Below, piece after piece: positions 21,798-32,712 of a stretch of 64,000 nt of DNA. A program made the translations under genes and the position numbers. Positions within the stretch are counted from its first letter, which is position 1; every line of letters starts with the position of its first letter. The notes under the pieces were generated by a model. That model made no database searches. It was not told the origin of the DNA and saw only the letters and a list, made by a program, of their open reading frames with translations. Location: positions 62,001 through 126,000 of the forward strand of contig JAANOX010000003.1 of the NCBI GenBank assembly GCA_020184695.1. Reading direction: 5' to 3'. The stretch comes from Histomonas meleagridis 2922-C6/04-290x. Taxonomy: Eukaryota; Protista; Parabasalia.

Positions 21798-22447
21798 TCA
21801 AATTTCAAATTGTATCGCAAAAAAGGAACGGATTGAATGGCTGTAAAACATTTTGAAAGGTGAAAACCGTTGTCATAAATTTTTTTTGGTGGATGCGAAA
21901 TCCTCGTAATTAGTTCCAGGATTGTGATTATCTTAAGTGCAACTTAGAGAGGTTCGGCCGAAGGCCTTCTGTCTATACTCCGCAATTATTTTTGTACATG
22001 GAAGGCGGCTGCTCCTGCAATGACGATATCGGAGCATGATTTACATCCAAAAGTCAACCGTTTAATGATCCATTTCCCGATCATATGATATAATTTGGCG
22101 TCATTTTTAAATTCAACAAAAAGGATTAGCTAATCCTCAATAAAAAATGAAGAATAGTAATTAAAACATTAGAAAGAGCTAACCAAACATAATACAGAGT
22201 CAAAACATAAACAAATTTTAAGTTAAAAAAAAATTGAGACAATTAATATTATTTATTAAAAATCTAAAGCATACGTTTGTGGGTAAGAATTAAGTCGTAC
22301 TTGCAAGTTAGTTGGGCTTTTAGATGGAGAAATATCTTGTGCTTTGAAAGCAAAGAGTAGAAATTTCGCAAGTGAATTCCAGAACGACTTTTTCATGTAA
22401 TATTTATCGTTTTGACAAAATTCAATGTTATCGTTCATAAGCACCAA

Positions 22448-23131
22448 ATGGAAAACAACACTGAAAAACAAAGAAAAGCATTAAGACATCAAATATTGGC
22501 GAATTTTCCCGGCATGTCAGCAAGCCAAATATTTGAAGAAATAAGAGAAGAAAAATTACCTATTGTGAAGATGTCAAATCTGGCGCCATTTTGTGAAAAA
22601 ATTGGAATTCAAATAAAACAATTACCGCTTATACTTGGGTCATATTCAGTAAATGGAAAATCAATTACTGCTGAAAAATTTCAAAAATTTTTAGAGGATG
22701 AACTATGTTTCAATACTACAACTAATTTCAAACCAAAAGAAATAGAAACAATCGAATTACCTGTTAAACAATGGGAGATACTTAATGCATTTGTTGGAAT
22801 TTTTAAAGAAAAAAAGGCAAGTTTTGGATATTCACCCAATTCAAGGTCTTTTGCTCCAAAGGAAGGCTACGTGAAAACACGGAAAATTGAAGTTACTTCA
22901 GATTGCAATGGATGTAATAATCACTGGCTTTGGATTCAAGCAAAAAGTTTGAATAGTTTCGAATATGATAATTCTAGCGTCCGACTTGCGGCGCTTTGTA
23001 AGTTTGCAGAAGAGGTTAACTTACAATTTTCAACAGAAGAATTTATTGAAGCAGTTTTTGCATTTTTAGGAGAAAGGACAGATCATTTGACATATGAACA
23101 ATTTTCGAAGCTCATGAATTCTTTTCCATAA
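22448..23131 (+). CDS. Hypothetical protein with degenerate EF-hand-like helices
   Basis: The track start at 22412 is TTG; the first in-frame ATG is 22448 (MENNTEK). The C-terminus EFIEAVFAFLGERTDHLTYEQFSKLM is EF-hand-like. Confidence 0.55.
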   Translation: MENNTEKQRKALRHQILANFPGMSASQIFEEIREEKLPIVKMSNLAPFCEKIGIQIKQLPLILGSYSVNGKSITAEKFQKFLEDELCFNTTTNFKPKEIETIELPVKQWEILNAFVGIFKEKKASFGYSPNSRSFAPKEGYVKTRKIEVTSDCNGCNNHWLWIQAKSLNSFEYDNSSVRLAALCKFAEEVNLQFSTEEFIEAVFAFLGERTDHLTYEQFSKLMNSFP

Positions 23132-23545
23132 TTTAAAACATTTACTGTAACAAGAATTTTTTTATTTGTTCACAATATATGGAATGTTTTTTTTTTTTTC
23201 ACATTCGTACATTTGATTGTTCACATAAAGTTGGATTATTGAAATTAAATTATATTAAAGTTTTTTGTAAGCCTTTTTGAGAAGAGACCAATGGTTGAAG
23301 TGGCAAAATCATGGTTCAGGATATAATCGATGTAAAAGAATGAAATCTTATATTAGAAGATGCCACTTGAAATCAGGAATAAATAAAAATTTTTAGGATT
23401 TAGTTAAAAAACAATGAAATACATATTTGCTATACTCTAAATACAAAGTGTATTATACTTTTTAAGTTTCATGACTTTTGATAATTCTTGAGCGAAGTTT
23501 TATTAATTTCAAAGCATTAAAAAATACAAAATATTAATTAACTAT

Positions 23546-25510
23546 TTAGAATATATATTGGTATGGAAGAGGTCCATCGAATTCAACTCTTTGTATTCTT
23601 TTAGTTGACTGCTTCAAAAGTGTATAATTATAGTTATAGTACATTGATTGTTTTTCATAAGATTGATTCGCGAAGTCGACTTGCAAATCGAACACTCTAA
23701 AGTTATCCAAGAAGTCCCAATTGATTCTCTGCATATTTTCCAATGTTTGATAAGGCAACATCCAATAACCACAGTTATAATCATCGTTAGGCACAAATGT
23801 TTCATTATAAGGTTGGAATATTTGACTCAACGCCCAAAATGGCATTGATTTGATTTCGATTTCTTTAATTTCCGATGTTTCCGAAGAGATCGAAGCCATT
23901 TTAATGTTATTAACTCCACCGGGTAATACGTCGACATCAGGGAAAGCGTCGTATTCATTTTTCCTTAATAATACATAAGTATGTAAATCATCGCAAATGT
24001 TTGATGAAGAAGATTTACATTGTAATATATCAGCGCCTTTTGTGTAGTTCTTACCACGGATTCTTTTGATGTCTGTTGAACATTTCGTATAATCGAATTT
24101 TCCATTATTTGTATTCTGTTGTATGCAATCTAATGTAGCGGGGATCCAATTAAATGGAGTTTTATGATTAGGACAAATCACTGCTTCGTTTTCTTCACTT
24201 AATTTGCCCATGAAATAATCAACTGAATGACCTTCTTGTCTCCATGAATTATGTAATATGAATCCACCTTTTGGAATATTGGCACTTAATAATCGTTGAT
24301 ATCGATTACGATATATCCATTCATCATTATAACCAACTAAATTCATCGCATGGCCGCCAAGTTCTGACATGTACATAGGATCAACATTACCTAAGAAAAT
24401 GCCGTCTTGTTGACGTGCATCTAATTCTAATTTATAACAATATTCATTTCCATTAGGACATGGAATTGTTTTCGTTTGACATTCAGTGGTTTCTTTAAAT
24501 AATGTGTTATTACATGGTAAATAATATACTAAATTAGGTAATGGTACTCCAATTCCTAACGCTCTTCCAGATTTCTTTAAAAGGCGTTTAATGTCATCAA
24601 TGTTATATGCGGACTCGAAACTAACGATGTCCCATTTGAGTGGATTTTGTCCTTCTTGTAATGCATCATAAAGATTTGGACAATACATAAATTTCCAATC
24701 TGGATCATCTTCTTTTTCACGATATGGACAAACGCTTTCAGGTAAAACTGATGTTTTAGTTTCTTCCCACGCTTTAGCAAAATAGTAAAGTGATTCGATT
24801 TGTTGATCTTCAGATGAGTTTTGCATTAGACCACCATACTTACATGCTTTGACTTCGGGATACTTATGGCATTGATCGCCAAGCCATGTGAAAAATGCTT
24901 GCTTACTAAAACTAACATATTCATCTTCATCAAGAAAACCATTTAACACGCCTTTGGCATGATATTGGGATTCAAGAAGATATATCATAGAAAAACACCA
25001 ACAACTGCCAATGTTCATCTGATTGGTGGGTGGAAGAATATAACTTTTGTCAACACTAAATTTGTTTGGAAGTGTTCTTCCTACGTCATCTTTAACAGTG
25101 TTAACATCGCTTTTTACAATATTGATATTGTCTTTAACATTGGTGATATTGTCTTTAACAGTGTTAATATCGCTTTTGACAATATCAATATCTTTTCTAA
25201 CATTGGAAACACCAGAAGCAATATCATCAACGTTGCTTTGAACAACTACAATTTTAGAATCTGCTTTCTTAATTTGACTTTCTAGATTATTAATATCACG
25301 ACTTGAGACATCGACGCTATTTTTTACTTGGTGGAGCTCGCTTTGGAGAAAGAGTATTTGTTGTTTAAGATTTGATGATTTGATGGAAAAAATCATTGAA
25401 ATAAGACTCAAAACAATTGTAATAATAACAAGAACTATAATAGCAATCTTTGCTTTGGATACAGGTTTGGATTTAATCAAAGGGGTAGAAGAGTCATAGA
25501 GTGATTCCAT
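23546..25510 (-). CDS. Type II membrane-anchored papain-family (C1A) cysteine protease with a coiled-coil stalk
   Basis: N-terminal TM segment (IAIIVLVIITIVLSLISMIFSI) followed by a heptad stalk. Catalytic motifs QMNIGSCWCFS (Gln, Cys), GGHAMNLVGY (His) and FILHNSW (Asn) are all intact. Confidence 0.9.
   Translation of the reverse strand: MESLYDSSTPLIKSKPVSKAKIAIIVLVIITIVLSLISMIFSIKSSNLKQQILFLQSELHQVKNSVDVSSRDINNLESQIKKADSKIVVVQSNVDDIASGVSNVRKDIDIVKSDINTVKDNITNVKDNINIVKSDVNTVKDDVGRTLPNKFSVDKSYILPPTNQMNIGSCWCFSMIYLLESQYHAKGVLNGFLDEDEYVSFSKQAFFTWLGDQCHKYPEVKACKYGGLMQNSSEDQQIESLYYFAKAWEETKTSVLPESVCPYREKEDDPDWKFMYCPNLYDALQEGQNPLKWDIVSFESAYNIDDIKRLLKKSGRALGIGVPLPNLVYYLPCNNTLFKETTECQTKTIPCPNGNEYCYKLELDARQQDGIFLGNVDPMYMSELGGHAMNLVGYNDEWIYRNRYQRLLSANIPKGGFILHNSWRQEGHSVDYFMGKLSEENEAVICPNHKTPFNWIPATLDCIQQNTNNGKFDYTKCSTDIKRIRGKNYTKGADILQCKSSSSNICDDLHTYVLLRKNEYDAFPDVDVLPGGVNNIKMASISSETSEIKEIEIKSMPFWALSQIFQPYNETFVPNDDYNCGYWMLPYQTLENMQRINWDFLDNFRVFDLQVDFANQSYEKQSMYYNYNYTLLKQSTKRIQRVEFDGPLPYQYIF
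25085..25230. repeat. 21-nt coding tandem repeat (heptads such as VKSDINT/VKDNITN/VKDNINI)
   Basis: Repeated tctttaaca/gatatt motifs at a 21-nt period within the protease stalk. Confidence 0.75.
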
Positions 25511-26454
25511 CCCGAAAATGACCTGAACTTAAACGATGAAAATTTGAATTGATATTTCTGAACCGTGTCAAATCGGTTGCAGTCAAAAAATATTGAAATT
25601 TAAATTTAGTCGTTTTTTAAAAAACCGCTACAATGTTGCTAATCACGCTGATTTTATCATCACCACCTTCCATGTGCCAAAATAATAGAGGGGTTTGGCA
25701 GAAGAGGCAGAAGGCTTTCTATTGAATCCCTTTAAATGCACATCAGATACTCACTATCTGGAATAAATTAAGAGGATTCCAAAAAAACTCATTTTATGAC
25801 AACGGTTTGCCTTTCAAAATGTTATTTTACAACCATTCAACTCGAGTTGTTCTTCACTCTTGCCGATAATTCCATTCAGTGAATCTTATGCAAGTGTAGG
25901 CTTTTTATTCCTTGCAAAACAAAGAAAATATATAACTTTGGATCTCGAAAACATTGTAGAGCTAAATTAGATATGCAATTTACTTTTATTAAATAACATG
26001 AATGCTTACCTATGAATAAAGTAACTATTTTACTCTTGTAAGTAGTTGAATTTTCATATTTTATAATCGAAAACATGGAACATTTTCCTTAAAAAGAAAA
26101 TTTTTAACTTTTTGTAAAGTTTATATCGGTTTCTGCATAAAAAAACATTCAACCTCCAAAACGTTTTTTATCCTTCCAACTTTTTGATGAAAAAATTGAA
26201 TAAGTTATTTTTATGAGGATTTGCGTTTAGAAGTGGTATAAATTCATAACTTTAAAAAAACATCATTGTTTTAATAATATAAAATACAATTAGAGCAAAA
26301 GCCAATGAATTGCCACATGGGATATTATTAGAATAAGAAACGAAAAGAAGAAAAGTTTTTCCAGTGATTTTCTATCGGTAATTTAAAACCATTCAAAAAA
26401 TTCTATGACTTTTAACAGTTTTTGAGAAAAAGCGGATGCTAAACTGAATTTTAG

Positions 26455-29400
26455 ATGCCTCCAAAGAGGGGACGCGGCAAGAAAAAAGCAAAGGCAAAGA
26501 AAATTATTATCCCAGACGAGAACGTAGAAGACCTTGAACCCGAAAATTTTGAGAATTACCAACTTGGTATAAAATTGGGTAAAGGTGCATTCGGAAGTGT
26601 TTATCAAGGTCTTGATGTTAACACCGGAGGCCTTGTTGCCATCAAAACTATACCTCTTTTAAAAGCAAAAGGAAACCTTGCAAGTGTTCAAAGTGAGATT
26701 GATTTAATGTCAGGTCTCAAAAACGAACATATAGTTCAATATATATGTTCTCACAAAACAAAAGACTTTCTTTACATTGTTATGGAATTTGCAGAAGGTG
26801 GCTCACTTCAACACATTCAAAAAAAATTCGCGAATTTTGATGAACATTTAGCTGCAACATACATTTATCAAGTTTTAATTGGTCTCAAATATTTGCACTC
26901 ACAATCTATTATTCACAGAGATATTAAAGCAGCCAATATTCTTCTTAGTAACAACATTGCAAAATTATCAGATTTTGGAATTTCTGTCAATATTAGCGAT
27001 CCAAACCAACAAGCAGACATGAACTGCCAATTGTCAGCCTATTGGTCAGCACCAGAAGCCATTAATATGGAACCAATTACAGAAAAAAGTGATATCTGGT
27101 CATTAGGTATTACAGCCATCGAAATGTTTACTGGCGCCCCACCATACTTTGACCTTGCCCCAATCCCAGCCATGTTTAAGATAGTCCAAAATCAAGAAAC
27201 TCCATTACCAGATAATATATCTCCAGAATTTAAAGAATTTTTACAAGGTTGTCTTACAAGAAACGTAACTTTCCGTAAGTCTATAGATGAGTTACTTGAA
27301 TCTAAATGGATTCGAAAACATATTAATATAATGTATGAATCACCAGGAATTCCTCGAAAGCAAAGCATAAAAATTTCTAGCAAGAATCTTTCTTCAGTAC
27401 TTGGTGATGACAAAGCCAATGAACTTAAAATGTTCCAAGAAGATTCATCTGACATGGATGATGATTTCTTAAGTTCAGCACAACCATTAATTACATTACC
27501 ACCACAGAAGAAACAATCTCTTAGCCTAGCAGATTTTGCAGAAGATGATTCAGATGACTTTGAAATTCCAAATAACATTAATTCATTAGATACTCCATTT
27601 ATCCCACAAATTACTAACAACAACATGAAGCAAGCAGATTTTGCCAAACTTGATGATGAAGAAAGTCTTATTGATGATTCACAACAACCACAAGCCGATC
27701 TTGATGAATTTGCCGAAGATGATTCTGATGGCTTTGATTCTGATCCATTCCTTGATCCTCTTCCTAGTAGTCAAAGCAATCTTAAGCCGATTCTCAATGC
27801 ACGCGAGCCAGTTTCCAACATCATTCAAAAATTCGAAGCTGTTTCACTTCACAATCCCAACCGTCCGGGCGAAGTCAATTTTGAGAGCGCCATGCATGCA
27901 CTAGATGACATCTTTGCGGATGACAATACAGAGCAACAGAAAGAAATCGAACGTCAAACCAACTTAGTTAAGAACACAATTCAAGAGATGCATTTAATCT
28001 TGCAAACGTATGAAGAAGATGGTAATGAAGAACAACTGAAACAATCATGTGAATTAGTTAAGAACAACTTTAAGAATGAGCCATATGTTAAGAACCAACT
28101 TGCACAATATCATGGTGTCTTACCTATGGTTGAAATGATACAAACCAACAATCAAAAACTTTTAGAACTTACGTTACCATTTATCTCCACAGCTGTTAAA
28201 GATCAAACAGACATTCAAACTTCATTATGTTTATTAGGTGTATTACCATATTTATTTAATTATGTAATTTCACCAGATTTTTCCGAGTTCATACAACTTA
28301 AATCATTAAAGATATTACATAGTATATGTATTAGTCAAAAGAAACCTGTCCAAATGTTTATCTCTGCAGGTGGATTAACAAAGCTCACGTCGATTTTCGA
28401 GAATTTCCCACATAATGAACGCCCACGATTAACAGAGTTAGTTATTGATATTATTGACGCAGTATTTTCATATCCATGTCGAACTCCAAAGTTTTGTTTT
28501 GCACGTATCATGGCGCAAAGTGGAATCATAAAACATTTAGGTAATCGATATGTATCATTACCATCCGATAGTCCATACTTAGATAAGTTATGTCGAATCT
28601 TCGAGACGTTTTCTAAGGGCGACATGATAGTTAAGCGTAAGATGGCCGAAGATAAGACGTTCATTGATAACATATTCACAAAAGCGCGCTTTAAGTTCCA
28701 GCCAACAGGTACGTCAAGTCAAGGGCTGAATGATTGGAACTTATTCTTAATCATTCAAGCGATGAATAACTTAGCAATGGACAAAGGAATTGTACAATTA
28801 TTATGGAAAACGAATTTGGTACAATATTTGATCGAATATTTATTGATCGATAAACGAAATATCGATCAATTCCATATGAACCCAACACTTAACACATGTT
28901 TCTCAGCTTTGTTTCATTTGTCACGTGTATTAACATCGGAATGCGTATCTAAAGTGGCGCAATTAATACCATTGATTAATTACATCCTTAAGAAAGACCT
29001 CCCATTAAAGGAAATGGCGACAACATTGTTCTTGGAATTCGTTAATACACATAGCGGTGTAAAGAAAATGAGAATTCGTCTGGAACAAAATGATGGCGTG
29101 TCAACATTGTTCTTGTTGTTGAAGAATAATAATCATAAAGAACAAATCTTGACTGCGTTCGAAGAATGGGCTGCACATAACCCTCAAATCATCGATTCAT
29201 TCTTATGTAATAATAGAAAGGAGTTCGCTAATATTATTATTAACTTGTTAAAGGGCGAAAATTATACGGTGATGAATCAAGTAGTATTGAAATTAATTGG
29301 AATTTGCGATCGGTGTAAGAATTTGGCTGAAAAACTATCGGCGAATTCAAAATTGTTAAAGGCGGTTGTGAAGCAGTTGTTCAACCAAAACAACGACGCA

Positions 29401-29586
29401 GAATTGAGAGCATCGTTGTCAAGCTTAATTCTGACATTCTACCAGTCAACAAAAGTGCCAAAGCAATGGAATAGAAGAATTAATTTGAAGGAAATTATAG
29501 ATAAGACTATAGCTGATAGCTCAATAACCGTAAGAAATATTGGAAAGTTGTTGGTGCAGGCGGACCAATTAAACTATTTCTTTTAG
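26455..29586 (+). CDS. STE-family protein kinase, Cdc15/SepH (MAP3K-epsilon)-like, with C-terminal ARM repeats
   Basis: Kinase motifs GKGAFGSVY, VAIK, HRDIKAANIL, DFG, WSAPE and DIWSLG, followed by an acidic linker and an ARM region (GVLPMVEMI, MFISAGGL, RIMAQSG), matching the Cdc15/SepH architecture. Confidence 0.85.
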   Translation: MPPKRGRGKKKAKAKKIIIPDENVEDLEPENFENYQLGIKLGKGAFGSVYQGLDVNTGGLVAIKTIPLLKAKGNLASVQSEIDLMSGLKNEHIVQYICSHKTKDFLYIVMEFAEGGSLQHIQKKFANFDEHLAATYIYQVLIGLKYLHSQSIIHRDIKAANILLSNNIAKLSDFGISVNISDPNQQADMNCQLSAYWSAPEAINMEPITEKSDIWSLGITAIEMFTGAPPYFDLAPIPAMFKIVQNQETPLPDNISPEFKEFLQGCLTRNVTFRKSIDELLESKWIRKHINIMYESPGIPRKQSIKISSKNLSSVLGDDKANELKMFQEDSSDMDDDFLSSAQPLITLPPQKKQSLSLADFAEDDSDDFEIPNNINSLDTPFIPQITNNNMKQADFAKLDDEESLIDDSQQPQADLDEFAEDDSDGFDSDPFLDPLPSSQSNLKPILNAREPVSNIIQKFEAVSLHNPNRPGEVNFESAMHALDDIFADDNTEQQKEIERQTNLVKNTIQEMHLILQTYEEDGNEEQLKQSCELVKNNFKNEPYVKNQLAQYHGVLPMVEMIQTNNQKLLELTLPFISTAVKDQTDIQTSLCLLGVLPYLFNYVISPDFSEFIQLKSLKILHSICISQKKPVQMFISAGGLTKLTSIFENFPHNERPRLTELVIDIIDAVFSYPCRTPKFCFARIMAQSGIIKHLGNRYVSLPSDSPYLDKLCRIFETFSKGDMIVKRKMAEDKTFIDNIFTKARFKFQPTGTSSQGLNDWNLFLIIQAMNNLAMDKGIVQLLWKTNLVQYLIEYLLIDKRNIDQFHMNPTLNTCFSALFHLSRVLTSECVSKVAQLIPLINYILKKDLPLKEMATTLFLEFVNTHSGVKKMRIRLEQNDGVSTLFLLLKNNNHKEQILTAFEEWAAHNPQIIDSFLCNNRKEFANIIINLLKGENYTVMNQVVLKLIGICDRCKNLAEKLSANSKLLKAVVKQLFNQNNDAELRASLSSLILTFYQSTKVPKQWNRRINLKEIIDKTIADSSITVRNIGKLLVQADQLNYFF

Positions 29587-30103
29587 TGTGTAAATAATAT
29601 AATGAATATCCTTTTTGTAGCGACCGTTAACTTTCGAGTGAATTCACTTCGTTGTGACTTTTGTTGGCTCAATACACTTTTTCATAGAATGACTTTTTGT
29701 TGTTTATTACATGGACGGGTACAAGAAAAACTTAAAAAAAAAAAAAACGGCACGTTTGAGCGCTCAAATTTTGTTTGCTTTTTAACGGTCGGATTTTCAC
29801 GCGTCGTTAACACAAAATGTGCTTTTATTTCAATTTTCTGAACTTATCTGGCTTCGCCCTTTTTCTTATGTCTGTATATATAAAGTATGTTTTGACAGAA
29901 TTACAAAACCGCTTTTTCTAATAACAAATTTTCCTATTTATCAGGAAGTTAATCTTTTTGGATTATAATATTTTTCAACAAAAATAAATACATAATACGA
30001 AACATGTTTTATATTATATGGCTTGGAATTAAGAATTAAAATTAATTTTTTAGAAATATAAATTTATTGTATTTCCATAAGTGATCTTTAAAAACTTAAA
30101 ATT

Positions 30104-31474
30104 TTAAGTGTCTTTTTCCATATTTTGAAGCATATAAATAATACAAGTAAATCCTCTTTTAGATGCAATCATTAATGATGTCTCAAAAGAATAGAAAAAC
30201 CTCCAAAATTTGTTTTAATATCATAACTTATTAATAAAATCATTAAAACAAATGAACAAATATCCTTGGCATTAAAATCAATTCCTTTTTGCTCAAGAAG
30301 TAATTTAACTATATCTGTATGACGTTCCATAGATGCGCACATTAGCGCTGTTTTAAGTAATTTAAATGATTTCCAAATATTATTTTGAAATATCAAATTA
30401 TAACAAACAATATTTTATATAATAAATATATATCTTTAGCATTAATATCAATTCCTTTTTGTGCAACAAGTAATTTAACTATTTCTGTATAACCACATAA
30501 AGATGCCAAAATAAGTGCTGTTTTAATTAATTTAAATGATTTCCAAATATTATTTTGAAAAGGAAAATAATAAAAATAAATATTAGATAAAACAAATAAA
30601 TATCTTTAGCATTAATATCAATTCCTTCTTGTTCAAGAAGTAATTTAACGGATTCAACCTTATTATTCGAAGAAGCATACATAAGTGCACCCCAAAATAA
30701 TTAGTATAAATATCAAAAAAATTTGATGAGCTTCTAATCATTGATATAAATATCTTTTGGATTTATATCAATTCCATTTTGTTCAAGAAGTACTTTAACA
30801 ATTTCTGTGTGACCTTTAAAAGATGCTTCAACAAGTGCTGTTTGAAATTTTTAAAATAATATTTAAATTGAACAAATTAATATCTTTAGCATTTATATCA
30901 ATTCCTTTCTGTGCAAGTAGTAATTTTACTGTTTCTATATGACCATACCTAGATGCCATGATGTAAGAAATTTTCCTAAGAAATTCCAAATATTATTTTG
31001 AAAAGGAAAATAATAAAAATAAATATTAGATAAAACAAACAAATATTTTTGGCATTAATATCAATTCCTTTTTGATCAAGAAGTAATTTAACAATTTCAA
31101 CATAATTATTCGAAGATGCAAACATAAGTGCAGTCCAAAATAATTTGTATAAATATCAAATTTTACTTAAAAATACCAAAAAAATTTTATGAACTTTTAA
31201 CTATTGATATAAATATCTTTTGCATTTATATCAATACTTTCTTGTTCAAGAAGTATTTTAACTATTTTTGTGTGTCTATTACGTGCTGCAATTATAAGTG
31301 CAGTACTAAAATATTTAAGTAAATATTAAAATTTTTTTTAAAATTGTAAAATCTTAAAATAAATATCAAATATAACATTTAAACGTTTCTAGCATTGATA
31401 TTTATTTTTTTATATTCAACTAATATTTTAACGACTTTATCAGATGATTCAGTGGTTGCAATCATAAGCGCTGT
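30104..31474 (-). other. Ankyrin cassette array B: 9 ankyrin cores at a 170-nt period; the last core ends in TAA(A)
   Basis: Core starts at 31474, 31304, 31134, 30964, 30841, 30691, 30521, 30351 and 30181. Examples: TALMFASSNNYVEIVKLLLDQKGIDINAKNI and TALMCASMERHTDIVKLLLEQKGIDFNAKDI. The terminal core reads TSLMIASKRGFTCIIYMLQNMEKDT* (stop ends at 30104). Core 4 has a 7-nt deletion. Confidence 0.9.
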
Positions 31475-32591
31475 TGCAATAAAACAAAATAAATTTTATA
31501 TTACATTTTAGAATATATTTATTTTTAGCATTTACATCAATTCCTTCTTGTTCAAGAACATATTTAATAAGTTCACAATTAGTTGATTCTACAGAAAAAA
31601 CCAAAATGTCTTTTGGGATTTGATGATTTTCAAGAAAATAATTTAAAAGAAATATGTTTCCAACTTTTGCTGATACATTAATAAGGACATCATTAATTTT
31701 TAGACCAATTTCAATAAAAAAAGGGATAATTTCATAATTATGAAATATAATACATTTCTTTTCCAGTTCTTCTAATTTAACAATTTCTTCAATTTTGTTT
31801 TCATAAAGATATTTAAAGATATCATTTCGATGGAATTCAATTGCTGTTTCATACCCATTTTTAAATGATGAATGATTTTGTTCACATAAATAAATAATTT
31901 CAAGATTTCCACCTGCAACTGCATATTTACCTGTGTTTATTACATTTGCTCCATTCATAAGTAAATATTTAAAACATTTAACTGAAGAAAAAAATGCTGC
32001 ATAATCAATTAAGGTAACATCTTCTTTGTTAATAAATGAACATCTTTCATAAAGTGATGGCTCAATTGTTTGATTAAAATCAAATTTGGTTTGTGATGAT
32101 ATTTCTTGAAGTTTTTCTATATCATCATTTCGAATTATTTTTGCAATTTCATTTGGATTTATTCCTTCATCAAAAAATATTTCATCTTCTTTTTGCTTTT
32201 CTTGATACAAATAAGATAATGATCTATGATTTCTAACAGTTATAGTATCAACATATTTCCCTTTTATTAATTTTCGAATAAGAAAACGTGATTCGAAGGT
32301 ATCCAAATTTAAAATAAGTTTTAAAAATCTTTTAAATATTTTAATGTTTTTATAAATTTCTTTTACTTTTATTTCAAGTTCTTTTAAAAAATGGAAATAA
32401 ATATTAAAATCTTTCATTTGTGTAACAAATGAAAAATATACCATACCATTATATTAAATATTTAATATAAGATAAATAAAAGATTCTGGAAAGTCGGTAT
32501 CAAAATAATTCATTACGTCTTTTGCTGATTCTTGAATATTATTTTCATTAAGATTCCAAATTATTTTTTGAAGATTTTGCAATTTATTCAT
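31449..32591 (-). CDS. DUF3447-type ankyrin protein, N-terminal part, with one in-frame TAA at 32454-32456
   Basis: An upstream ATG at 32591 gives MNKLQNLQKIIWNLNENNIQES..., homologous to the N-termini of the two paralogues, in frame with the 32444 ORF across a TAA. The DUF3447 block is shared with 3754-5037 and 40801-42000. Confidence 0.7.
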
Positions 32592-32712
32592 GTTGAAAAA
32601 AATAAATGTCAAATAGTTTTGTAACAAAATTTGAAATATTCTGAGAGTTTAAATATGTCACTATACACGAGAATCAAACATACTTAGTTAAATTATTCGA
32701 CCATCAATTTTA

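Noticed and set aside
21890-21985. RNase P/MRP RNA resemblance (TTCTGTCTATACTC)
   Set aside because: No complementary P4 partner upstream, and the span is too short.
25600-26100. Coding-like fragments between the protease and kinase genes
   Set aside because: Frequent stops in all frames, and no family could be recognised.
29621-29791. 10-bp inverted repeat CGACCGTTAA / TTAACGGTCG as a possible MITE
   Set aside because: No TSD and no extension of the repeat. It is more simply explained as two M3/Myb-like motifs.
30541-30600. Hairpin in spacers (TATTATTTT...AAAATAATA)
   Set aside because: Clear in only one spacer type, and such stems arise easily in roughly 90% AT sequence. It needs covariation analysis.
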